DNA of 36,803 bases from NCBI GenBank assembly GCA_900128395.1, contig LT649332.1, positions 1 to 36,803 on the forward strand, in the 5' to 3' direction. The stretch is from Stramenopiles sp. TOSAG23-2 (lineage: Eukaryota). Below the pieces are notes generated by a model. It worked only from the letters and a program-made list of their open reading frames with translations, ran no database searches and was not told the origin of the DNA. Each line of letters starts with the position of its first letter. Positions within the stretch are counted from its first letter, which is position 1. This document shows positions 1 to 9,829 of the stretch, in pieces. Made by a program: the position numbers and the translations under genes.

Positions 1-247
1 TACGCATAATTTATTTTTAATTTACTCATGATAATTCCTACTCTTCAAAAGAATACAATAACTGAAATAATCTATCTCACACTCTAGTGTGTTGATATTC
101 CCATAATAGAGAAAACCAATGAAGGTAAATAGATGGTATCAACTACTCGTAACAGTTGATGGAAAACGGACATTTTATTTATATTAATATAATACTCGTG
201 TAATATTAAAAATATATACGAAGTAAAATGTTCTCTTACTCATATAT

Positions 248-252
<5 letters not shown>

Positions 253-282
<30 letters not shown>
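253..282. repeat. (AT)15 microsatellite
   Basis: Direct reading of the sequence. Confidence 0.9.
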
Positions 283-287
<5 letters not shown>

Positions 288-526
288 ATGATTAAAGAAT
301 GTGATTTACAACTTTATGAAGGAGGACCTCTTTCATTTAGCTCTGAATCACAGACAGACGAAACATCTTTTGAATACTAAATTAATTTTTACTAAAATTT
401 ATAAATCATTTTTGATTTGAGAGGTTAATAAACGAGAGTAAAAGAATTTTATATAACATATGAGTAAGAGAAAAACAAATGATGGAAATATATTTATATA
501 AAGCATAAATTTTAACATTTCACACA

Positions 527-1975
527 CTACTTTTTCTTCTTCTTTGTCTCTTTGAAATTCATTCCTATGATATTTCTATCAAAATGACCCATCTTCGCGG
601 TGCTATTAAAGTTACGAATCGTATTCATATCATCACTTTGCAATTTGACCATGTAAGTAAAATATCCTTTGACAACATTTAAAAATGTATTAATTTCAAC
701 TTCTTTTATACCTTCACGTTGCAAAAACATATTTACATCTTGAATAAATTGCTTATTAGTAAAATGGAAATGAGATATTCCAGGTAGTAAATGGTGATAT
801 GTCTGATAATTTAAAAAAATACTAAATGCGGAAACAAACAAATTGTTATGGTCGTAATCAAAGCATGATTTAATTTGATGTTTTGTAAAATTTGGTGGTC
901 GTTCTAATACTTTATCTTGATCGATACATGCTTCTTGTATATGAGATAATTGCGTGATGAAAACAAAAACTATTCCAAATGTAGCAACAGGAATATATGT
1001 TAACAAAAGATTACAATTGTTCAAATAAAAATGAAAACTAAATACCGATGCAAAGCAGGTTAAATAAATAATTGTAGTTTTGTAATATTTTGCCCATAAA
1101 TCGAAGTTCATAGGGTGTGATATTGAAACAAACATGCTTAAAATGGTTATAGACCACGCTTGAAATCGATGGAAAAAAGATAATTTGCTCATGTAATGAT
1201 GTCGAAGTATAGGCCCTTCAAATTGTATATCTTCGTCCATTCGCGTGTTTGTATTTGGGTGATGTTCAATCACATGCTTGTACATCCATACGTCTGGGTG
1301 ACCCCATGGACATATAAGCCATGCACCAATACGATTGATCCATTGATAATTAGATAAAGCATTATGGGATCCTTCATGTTGAATGAAGCCACAAACAAAA
1401 AATCCAAGCAATCCAAACGAAATACCGTATCCATATTGCATGTTTATATTTTCGTGTACATACCATTGATATCCACAATAAAAGTACATTATTAAACCAA
1501 TCAAATAATATAATGCACCATACCACGGTACTTTCATGTTTTTACTAGAATATCCTAGTTTCATCAAATACTTTTGCAATTTTAAAATACTTTCATCCGT
1601 TGTCGTGTAAAAAGAAGTATCAAGTTTATTATTCCCTGCTGTTGTTGAGTCATTTGCCTTTGTTGCCGTTTTTGCGGAACGAAGAAGGTCATTCAATTCA
1701 GTACCTTTTACTTCCCGTATATTCAACCTTTTATTCTTTGCTTGTGATGTCAAACTTAAGCCCCAATGATATGAGTTATACAAATGCGTTATATCAGTAT
1801 TCTTTGATAATTCAACGACCAGTTTACCACCCGGATGATGTTTGTAAAAATGCTGCAAATCATATACTTTTTTATCATAAACACATAATAATCTAGTATC
1901 GACTTGTTGTTTTTCATAGTATGAACAATAATCAACATTATTATTATTTGTAGAATCTTTCATTTTTTGTGCCAT
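527..1975 (-). CDS. Cytochrome b5-fused front-end fatty acid desaturase (delta-4/5/6-like; regiospecificity not determinable)
   Basis: N-terminal cyt b5 domain with HPGG. Three His boxes HEGSH, HVIEHH and QTYHH; the Q in box 3 is typical of front-end desaturases. Hydrophobic TM segments and a C-terminal KKKKK (dilysine-like). Start placed at the first ATG (1975, MAQKM) rather than the non-ATG track start at 2047. Confidence 0.9.
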   Translation of the reverse strand: MAQKMKDSTNNNNVDYCSYYEKQQVDTRLLCVYDKKVYDLQHFYKHHPGGKLVVELSKNTDITHLYNSYHWGLSLTSQAKNKRLNIREVKGTELNDLLRSAKTATKANDSTTAGNNKLDTSFYTTTDESILKLQKYLMKLGYSSKNMKVPWYGALYYLIGLIMYFYCGYQWYVHENINMQYGYGISFGLLGFFVCGFIQHEGSHNALSNYQWINRIGAWLICPWGHPDVWMYKHVIEHHPNTNTRMDEDIQFEGPILRHHYMSKLSFFHRFQAWSITILSMFVSISHPMNFDLWAKYYKTTIIYLTCFASVFSFHFYLNNCNLLLTYIPVATFGIVFVFITQLSHIQEACIDQDKVLERPPNFTKHQIKSCFDYDHNNLFVSAFSIFLNYQTYHHLLPGISHFHFTNKQFIQDVNMFLQREGIKEVEINTFLNVVKGYFTYMVKLQSDDMNTIRNFNSTAKMGHFDRNIIGMNFKETKKKKK

Positions 1976-2319
1976 TGTTGCTATAAATAAATAAGTCCTT
2001 TTTCGATCTATGTGTTTATTAGATTGTATAGACCTTTTTTGAAACACGTATTGTATCTTTGTATTTGGTTTCTCTTGTTTCCTTCTCTTCTTTTCGCTAT
2101 GGCATCTGTATAGATTTGTATTTTTGATTCGTGTGTATGTTTAAATCTAGAGCCAAAGTATTAAAGTATTATTATTAGTACTATACTCATAGTATAGTAT
2201 ACCACAGGTATAGTAAATTATAGCTGGAGTGTCGCGTCATGGTTTCCCTGCCGATGATGCTGGTGTGTTAGACTTACGTGCTTATTAATACCACGGTGGT
2301 AGACTGTAAGACTTAGCTT

Positions 2320-2350
2320 TAGAGAGGATCCTCTCTACCACCGGTGGTAG
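2320..2350. promoter_or_regulatory. Two overlapping perfect palindromes (18 bp and 16 bp); function unknown
   Basis: TAGAGAGGATCCTCTCTA at 2320-2337 and CTACCACCGGTGGTAG at 2335-2350. A regulatory role is only inferred from the position upstream of the desaturase. Confidence 0.35.
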
Positions 2351-2590
2351 GTTATATAGTTAGCTGTGGTTAGCACTAGCACTCCTTAATATATTCAGGA
2401 AACCTTATTACGAGCAAATCCGGCTATTACTATTTTATATCGGATCGATAAAAAAATTTAACCCAACATTAACATATATTCTACAATAACTGAAATGCAA
2501 CAAATAACAATAATAACAAATTAAATAAAACGGCAAAGGATTATTATAATAAAACCGCTCCGTAATACAATGAACACACACAAAAGAAAT

Positions 2591-3796
2591 TTACAATTTA
2601 CTTTTCAAATTCAACCCGCTATCTCTCAAATTTAAATCATCTAAAAAAAATGTAGAGACTTCTTGTACATATTTTTTAGGTTGCTCCATAGCAAAAAAAT
2701 GCCCACCAACATCAAATGCTGTATATCGTTTAACATTATAATATTGTTTACTCCAAGCTTCCGGGATATAAACAATTTCATATTCTGCTTGTATGATACC
2801 AGTAGGTACAGTAATATACTTTTGCCTTAATTCGCCAACTTCTGTGGAAACACCAGGCATACCTTCCCCATTTGATCCTACAATACTACTTTCATAATAT
2901 AGTCGAACGGAAGAACCAATAGAATTTGAAATCCAATAAATCATTACATTCATTAATAAATCATCTTTTGAATATACAGATTCGATATCTCCTTTTGTAT
3001 CACTCCAATCACGAAATTTTTCAACAATCCATGCACACACTCCAATTGGTGAATCATTCAATCCATATGATAATGTTTGTGGGCGTGTTCCTTGTATTGC
3101 TTGATATCCAGTACCATATTTACGAAATGTTACTAAAGAGCGTAATATTTTATCTTGATGTGGTAACTTTGATGCATCTCCATTGAATTTTCCAGGTGTT
3201 TGCATATTAATATGAATAGCTACACAATGTTCTGGAAATAATCGTGCTAATGATTGAGTGATCATGGATCCATAATCACCACCTTGGGCAACATATTGTG
3301 TATAGCCTAATTGTAACATTAATTTATGAAAGACACGAGCAATTTCAACATATGACCCACCACGCTTATGAAATGGTTCCGAAAAGCCAAACCCTGGTAA
3401 TGATGGTGCAACGATATTGAAATTTTCCCTCAGTGCTGGAATTACATTTAAAAATTCACAAACAGAACCAGGCCAACCATGAGACAATAATAATGTTGGT
3501 GCATTAGACGATTTTGTAGCTTTTTCATGTATAAAATGAATGGTACCATGACCTTCAACATTTGTTGTAAATTGCAATAGGCTATTGAAGTGAACTTCAT
3601 GTTTGTTTTTCCAATTCGATAAAAACGTCGTTTCCCAATATTTAGCTAATTCTTTCATATAATTTAATTCAGAACCATATTCCCATTTATTATTTGCAGG
3701 TTGGTCTAACTGATCTGGCCAACGTGTATTGTTCAATCGTTGTTGTAAATCTGCTATATCTTTGGATGATAAATTAATTTTAAATGGCGTCGTCAT
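2591..3796 (-). CDS. Epoxide hydrolase, EHN/microsomal (EPHX1-like) alpha/beta-hydrolase class; no membrane anchor; C-terminal PTS1 (SKL)
   Basis: EHN N-terminus (PFKI..DLQQRLNNTRWP..W.YG), HGWPGS oxyanion motif, PSLPGFGFS, QGGDYG nucleophile Asp, RLYYE Tyr, GGHFFAME catalytic His; ends LKSKL*. Confidence 0.93.
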   Translation of the reverse strand: MTTPFKINLSSKDIADLQQRLNNTRWPDQLDQPANNKWEYGSELNYMKELAKYWETTFLSNWKNKHEVHFNSLLQFTTNVEGHGTIHFIHEKATKSSNAPTLLLSHGWPGSVCEFLNVIPALRENFNIVAPSLPGFGFSEPFHKRGGSYVEIARVFHKLMLQLGYTQYVAQGGDYGSMITQSLARLFPEHCVAIHINMQTPGKFNGDASKLPHQDKILRSLVTFRKYGTGYQAIQGTRPQTLSYGLNDSPIGVCAWIVEKFRDWSDTKGDIESVYSKDDLLMNVMIYWISNSIGSSVRLYYESSIVGSNGEGMPGVSTEVGELRQKYITVPTGIIQAEYEIVYIPEAWSKQYYNVKRYTAFDVGGHFFAMEQPKKYVQEVSTFFLDDLNLRDSGLNLKSKL

Positions 3797-4388
3797 GGTT
3801 GTTATTGTTTATTAATCTTTGCTTATTATAATTATTATTATTAATGATAATTTGTAAAACAATATTATACTGTACATATGTAAACGACATATACACAGAC
3901 ACTTTTATATCTTTAATTCTATATTAAAATATATAAAAAAAGATATAGATCTACCAATGCACCAATTTGCAATAATTTGCTATATAATACCCGGTATTTC
4001 AAGAGTTTATAAGTACGATTCATTTAGTATTCTTTTGTTCAGTGTCCTATTATAGAGGTAAAATAATGCTACACATAGCCCTATTCTAATTCCGTGTGGT
4101 ATCTGTGATCTGTGATATATTAATAGAAGGTGTTAGACATGGAATTCTAGCTGAAATCAATATAGCTAGCAGGTACATACCATCTACTAAAACCGCTTCA
4201 CGACCCGCCACACAAAAATCGAATCTTTTTGCAATGTGTACACTTATATACAGGTAGACGTAGATATAGATACAAAACAGAGAAAGTAAGAAACAGAGAT
4301 AGTGTAATAACGTTTTAAAAAAGAAAAAGAAGACGAACAGAGAAATTCGATATTAACAAAACAAAAACAAATTCAAACAACAACAAAC

Positions 4389-4994
4389 ATGAAATTTATT
4401 CTTCCATTAGTATGCATATTAGCAGTTGCTTCTGCATGGGAACAATCAGATAAAGATGCTGTTATGAATTCATTGCCAGAAGGTATGCCAAAATTAGGCG
4501 TATTCAATATGAAAGAAGTTACACCAAAATTGTTAACCACATTCTTGAAACTTGATGGTATCTTCAAAGACAAAGACGCTTTTGAATACATTGGAAATAC
4601 CGAAAGAGAAATCATTAATCTTGTAACAAGTGCAGCTAATAACTGTGAGATTTGTTTAAGTTTTCATTGTGCAGCTCTTGCAAAAGAATTTTCAAAAGAA
4701 GATTTAGCATTAATGGCACAAGGTGGTATCCCAGAAGGCAAATGGAAAAATTTAGTAATCGCAGCTAAATATGCAAATGCACACAAAGGTATTTATTTGG
4801 AAAGAGAAAAGCAACATCTTGCTGAACTTGGTTTCACAATGGATAATCTGTTTGAAATAAATTTTGTTGTTGGGCAAATGACTTCGAATAATATGGTTTT
4901 CGCTTCGTTAGTAAATGAAGGCGCACCAATCGAGGACTTCTTGAAAGGAATTGGACCATTTGCAGATACTGTATATGCAAAGAAAGATTTGTAA
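4389..4994 (+). CDS. AhpD/carboxymuconolactone decarboxylase-like protein with N-terminal signal peptide
   Basis: EREIINLVTSAANNCEICLSFH fits the AhpD core E-x11-C-x2-C-x3-H. MKFILPLVCILAVASA resembles a cleavable signal peptide. Confidence 0.78.
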   Translation: MKFILPLVCILAVASAWEQSDKDAVMNSLPEGMPKLGVFNMKEVTPKLLTTFLKLDGIFKDKDAFEYIGNTEREIINLVTSAANNCEICLSFHCAALAKEFSKEDLALMAQGGIPEGKWKNLVIAAKYANAHKGIYLEREKQHLAELGFTMDNLFEINFVVGQMTSNNMVFASLVNEGAPIEDFLKGIGPFADTVYAKKDL

Positions 4995-5872
4995 AAGATA
5001 TACTATTATACTATGTTTTCTCCATATCATATTTTTTAAGATACGAGAGGAATATATTTTCATTTTAATGAAAGGAAGACATTCACACGCGTTTGAATGT
5101 AATATTCATACAAATTTATATCATTTAGATATATATATATAAATGCATAATACATATTATGTGTATATGTATTTGTTTATAATGAATGATTTCATATGAT
5201 ATTATCATATCATATATGATATATATTATATTGTAGCTATATATATATATATATAAACTGGTATATCGAAAAAGATGTTGTGTGTGTTGTTTCATGTTAT
5301 TAAACACATTGTACAAAATTGATCACACAGCGTCTAATAAAATTCACAAAATCATCTCTTGTCTGGGAAAAACAAAGAAAAAATAAAGGAAGACAAGAGG
5401 TGCGTTATATTTATAAATTTACAAGTAAAAATTGATTTTATGTAAACACATCCGGTGGTAAATCTTTTAACTTTCCTTTTTATCGTCCTGTTTTGCACTT
5501 TTGTATGTTTTTTTTTTGAGAACGAGGATACCCTATATCTAACCATATATTAAGTATGAATATTGGTATACTAAATTCACTAAATTCACTGCCCAAAATC
5601 TAAAAAAATTATTACATGATTAAGGATTAATAAATTAAGGATATTGGTATTGCTAGGATATGTATAAATTAAAACTTAAAACTTATATCCTTATAATCAT
5701 CCATACAACATGTTATTATATTTTTTCAATTTTGAATTTAATATATTAATATGCACATATACGAGGGGATATGCAACAACTTAAAAGTATGTATCCAAAA
5801 ATATATTTTTTAAAAATGAAAAGAAATATACAACATATTTAGCATATAGTATAAATATATGTATGATACAAG

Positions 5873-7141
5873 ATGGCAGAGTTTTTAGATTGTCCAATAT
5901 GTTTACACACAATCTCTGGTAAAGCAGTTCAATGTACAAATGGCCATACATTTTGTGGAACGTGCTTAGATGGTGTAAAAGGGCAAAGTATAAGTTTGGC
6001 AATTCAATGCCCAGTTTGTAGAATTGCAATGTCAAAACGAAGAGAAATTAGGAATATGTTTGTTGAAAAAGTAATTAAAAATTATGATATTAAACGTAAG
6101 ACTGGATTGCCAGATGATAAACCCGTACATAAAAAAGTTCATGTGTATAATGAAAAGGATGCAGATAGTTATAAAGTTGGTGATTTATATTTATGGGGAA
6201 GATCAATTTATGGGGAAGATCAAGTTTGGCAAATACAAGAAGATGAAACAGATGTCAAGACTAAAATAAGTGTTGATGATATTGATGAGGATGGTAATGT
6301 ATATGTTAAAGCTTCGCCATCTAAAATGTGGACTGTTGTTCAACCAATTGCTCCTGTTACTCCGGCACAACCGCCTTTATTGATAAACCGAAAAAGCAAA
6401 TTAAATTCTGAAATTGATGTATTAGCCAATACAAAAAAACAATTAAACTCTGAAGTTCAAGAATTAGTCAATGCAAAAAAGAAATTGGAAGGTGAAATAA
6501 AAAAACTACAACTTAATGTGAAAAAAAGGAAAAAGAATAATAACAGCTCCAATGTAAGATGTCTACCAAAAAGATTGAAAACCAACAAGCATTGGAAGAG
6601 ATGGGAACAGAAAGATGAAAAGTTATTATGCCGGCTGCACAAGATATTTGAAAAAGATGATTACAAATGGGAACAAATTGGTAAAATATTTCCAGGTCGC
6701 TCATTAATAGCAATCGAAGTAAAATATCGGGGGCTACAAGCAAAAAAATTGGAACGCACGGAAAGAGCAAGCAAAGTAAAATTAACGCGCACAAGGAAAT
6801 CAAAATGGAGTAAGCAAGAAGATGCAGCTATATTTCGAATGGTTGAAAAATTTGGTGGCATAGAAAAGGTGAAATCAGGGAGAAAATGGAGCGCCATTGC
6901 GGCAGATTTACCTGGACGCTTGACAGGCCCGAAGGTCCGTGCACGTTGGTACAACCATATAGATCCAACATTGAACAAAGGACCTTGGACAGCAAAAGAG
7001 GATAAAATGTTGATAAGGTTGGAAAAAACTATGAGAAAAGTGAGTAAGAAATGGATGCAAATTGCTAAAAAGTTGCCTGGAAGGTCCAGTATGATGGCAT
7101 TTTATCATTGGAAGTACATTTTAAATTTAAAAAAAAAATAA
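5873..7141 (+). CDS. C3HC4 RING finger + coiled coil + three Myb/SANT repeats (putative E3 ligase/DNA-binding protein)
   Basis: CPIC-x10-CTNGHTFCGTC-x14-CPVCR RING. Heptad repeats (LNSEIDVLANTKKQLNSEVQEL..) and KKRKK basic motif. Myb repeats WEQKDE..W..I...FPGRS, WSKQED..WSAIAADLPGR..RARWYNHIDP and KGPWTAKED..WMQIAKKLPGRS..HW. Confidence 0.88.
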   Translation: MAEFLDCPICLHTISGKAVQCTNGHTFCGTCLDGVKGQSISLAIQCPVCRIAMSKRREIRNMFVEKVIKNYDIKRKTGLPDDKPVHKKVHVYNEKDADSYKVGDLYLWGRSIYGEDQVWQIQEDETDVKTKISVDDIDEDGNVYVKASPSKMWTVVQPIAPVTPAQPPLLINRKSKLNSEIDVLANTKKQLNSEVQELVNAKKKLEGEIKKLQLNVKKRKKNNNSSNVRCLPKRLKTNKHWKRWEQKDEKLLCRLHKIFEKDDYKWEQIGKIFPGRSLIAIEVKYRGLQAKKLERTERASKVKLTRTRKSKWSKQEDAAIFRMVEKFGGIEKVKSGRKWSAIAADLPGRLTGPKVRARWYNHIDPTLNKGPWTAKEDKMLIRLEKTMRKVSKKWMQIAKKLPGRSSMMAFYHWKYILNLKKK

Positions 7142-7390
7142 AAAAATTCATCCACTACTAATTCAAAACAAAGCACAAAACCAAAAATAAAACTTATATC
7201 GTCTTTGGTGAATTAAGTGTATTTTACGGTTCGCGTATACGAACGGTTCGTATTACGAATATTTTTTACTTTTTACTCGTACGAAGTATGATACACACAA
7301 TTTTAATTTTTTTATTTTTAAATAAATTTTACATATCAATATTTTTAAAAGCAAAAAACTAGTACGCAACGTATAAAACTCTTTTTTATT

Positions 7391-9013
7391 TTACATCAAA
7401 TCAGGCTGGTTGTATCCATATCCACCACTACTCGCAGTGCCTTGCCTATTATTATTATTACCTTGATCCATCATCATCATACCACCTTGACTATTATTCC
7501 AATCCTCTTGTTGATTCATATCCATCATCATATTGCTGGACATCCCACGACTTTCTGGTTGGTTGACTGCTAATTGTTCCATTTGTCCTTGTACATTATT
7601 AATTTTTGCAAACAATAATCGCAAGACTCTTTCCCTATCTTCCCAGCTTAAATCACGTAAATCTACTTTATCATTCATGGACATTTTTGGACCTTCTCCA
7701 CCACGACTTCCACCACCACCCATCATGCTGCTGAGTATACTATCTGCTTGTGAACCACCGACATGGGATGGTGCTTTAATGGATGGAAATTTAACACCAC
7801 CTTTCGACGCAGTTGCTTTCCGCATTTGTGCATTGTATTCTGCCATTTGTAGCCTATATTCATCTTCTCTTTTTTGCCTTATTTCATTCTTCACTTGTTC
7901 CAATGCTTCTAAAAAGTATTGCTCAACTTCCGTTCGTTGATCTAAAATGGTTTGTGCTAATTTTCTGATATTTTTCAATTCCCTATTTTTTAATTTTAAT
8001 AATTGTTTCAATCCTGTATTTGCCATTACTAATTCATCGACTTTTTGTTTTGCTTTAATTTGTTCCAATTCTTTTTCTTTCTCAAAATCACGTACGACTT
8101 GGCTTAATGATCTTTCCAACATTTTCACCTTTGCTTGTAATTCCCTTGCATCGCGGACTTGAGTATTTGATTTTTTTGCATACAACACTTCCGTCTCTGC
8201 ACTCATGATAACTTCTCTTTTTAATTTTTTATTTTCATCTTCCAACCTTGCTTTAATACTTTGTAACTCCTCCGTTGCTTGTAATTGAAAACGCAATTCT
8301 TCCCCCATTCTCCTATTATCAGTGACAATTCTACGTGTATCTGCATCTAAACCTTTTTGAGCCTCTTCCCTTGCTAACATTCGAATTTTTGCTATGTGCT
8401 GTTCATGTTCTTTATTCATACGATTTTTTTCCTCCAAAAATTTGCGTTCTAACGCATTCATCGATATTTCATGTTTATTTTTAAAATCTTCCAACTCTTT
8501 CTCTTTTGCACGTAATTTCTTTTCTACTACTGCTTTTACTTGTTTAAATTCACCTAACATGGTCAATTCATCATCAGCAATTTTCAATTTTTGTTCCAAA
8601 TGCTCTATTTCAGACGATGTTTTCTCTTCCAAACTGCTCAACTTATATTCGTAATCATCTGTCAATTTACGCATAGTATCTTGATATTCCATTTTACGTT
8701 GCATAATTTCATCCTTATATTCTGCTATTTGATCATCTTTTTTTTCCAACTCTTTTTGAAAATATGCAACAAATTCATGCGTATCTTTCTCTCCTTGTGC
8801 ACGTTTCAATTTTAATTCTTCATTGTGCTGCCTCAATACTTCACATCGTGCTTTGTACGTCGCCGTTTCTTGCTCCAAGGATTGCCGGTGCAATAAACTT
8901 TCCGCTTCTAACGATACATTTTTACTAATAGCTGGTCCATCTCCGCCACCTTTTTTTGCACCACCTTTTCCTTTTCCTTTCTTCCCTTTCTTTCCTTTTT
9001 TTTTTGGTGGCAT
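7391..9013 (-). CDS. BBOF1: Basal body orientation factor 1 (CCDC176)
   Basis: MPPKKKGKKGKK N-terminus and long coiled coil. LAQTILDQRTEVEQYFLEALEQVK and VDLRDLSWEDRERVLRLLFAKIN resemble conserved BBOF1 blocks as I recall them. Confidence 0.85.
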   Translation of the reverse strand: MPPKKKGKKGKKGKGKGGAKKGGGDGPAISKNVSLEAESLLHRQSLEQETATYKARCEVLRQHNEELKLKRAQGEKDTHEFVAYFQKELEKKDDQIAEYKDEIMQRKMEYQDTMRKLTDDYEYKLSSLEEKTSSEIEHLEQKLKIADDELTMLGEFKQVKAVVEKKLRAKEKELEDFKNKHEISMNALERKFLEEKNRMNKEHEQHIAKIRMLAREEAQKGLDADTRRIVTDNRRMGEELRFQLQATEELQSIKARLEDENKKLKREVIMSAETEVLYAKKSNTQVRDARELQAKVKMLERSLSQVVRDFEKEKELEQIKAKQKVDELVMANTGLKQLLKLKNRELKNIRKLAQTILDQRTEVEQYFLEALEQVKNEIRQKREDEYRLQMAEYNAQMRKATASKGGVKFPSIKAPSHVGGSQADSILSSMMGGGGSRGGEGPKMSMNDKVDLRDLSWEDRERVLRLLFAKINNVQGQMEQLAVNQPESRGMSSNMMMDMNQQEDWNNSQGGMMMMDQGNNNNRQGTASSGGYGYNQPDLM

Positions 9014-9274
9014 ATTTTTATATTATTATTATTATTATTATTATATAAATATTGTTGACAAATATACAATGATTTATAATATACTATATGGATATATATT
9101 TATACTTTGCTTTTTGTTCTGTTTATCCATACATCTCCCAGGGATCTCTTTGAATTAAATATATTTAATTAATAAATATTATATTTCCGTTAATAGTACA
9201 TACACACCCTTTCCTTTTTTATTACGGGCTTCTTTCATTGCGACGAAGAAACTGTTGTGTATGATGTTTTTTGA

Positions 9275-9455
9275 AGCAAAAGAGCGATGATTTGCCGCCT
9301 GCTATGTCCATGCTATAGTGCGGGTATTATACTAGTTAGAGTATGGGTACTAGGCCAGGATCCTAGGAGCAAAAGAGCGATGATATGCCGCCTGCTATGC
9401 CCATGCTATAGTGCGGTTATTATACTAGTTAGAGTATGGGTACTAGGCCAGGATC
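9275..9455 (+). repeat. Direct repeat, 2 x 88 bp (period 93, 3 mismatches)
   Basis: AGCAAAAGAGCGATGA...TAGGCCAGGATC at 9275-9362 and 9368-9455. Confidence 0.95.
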
Positions 9456-9465
9456 TGCCGTAAGA

Positions 9466-9482
9466 TAGGGTTAGGGTTAGGG
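9466..9482 (+). repeat. Short interstitial telomere-like tract TAGGG(TTAGGG)2
   Basis: Sequence TAGGGTTAGGGTTAGGG. Confidence 0.7.
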
Positions 9483-9829
9483 CAAAAGAAACAAAAATGA
9501 CTATGATACTAATTAATATACGAAATTACACTTGGATATTACTATCAAAGAATTTAAAAATAGATCGATTAGCACATTTAATATCGTGCATGTGGGCATG
9601 ATAATAAAAAAAACTTTAATAAATGATAAAAAAAAATAGAGATCATCTATAGAGAATGTTACATCGACATTTTGAGTATTGAAACAATAATTATACAATA
9701 GAATTCGCGCTTCTTTCTTTCTCTCTCTGTGCTCAGTGTAACTGATTTTATTAAGCATTTTTTTTTTTGCTTGTATTTGCATATATATACATATATTGTA
9801 TTTTTATTTTTTCTACACAAAACAAAATA

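Noticed and set aside
4389-4460. ASA|W resembles the heterokont ASAFAP bipartite plastid-targeting motif
   Set aside because: The residues after the cleavage site (WEQSDKD) are acidic, unlike a transit peptide, so an ordinary signal peptide is more likely.
5873-7141. Myb protein as a Harbinger transposon ORF or as a telomere-binding factor for the nearby TTAGGG tract
   Set aside because: No transposase or TIRs flank it, and its repeats are c-Myb-like rather than the single telobox type.
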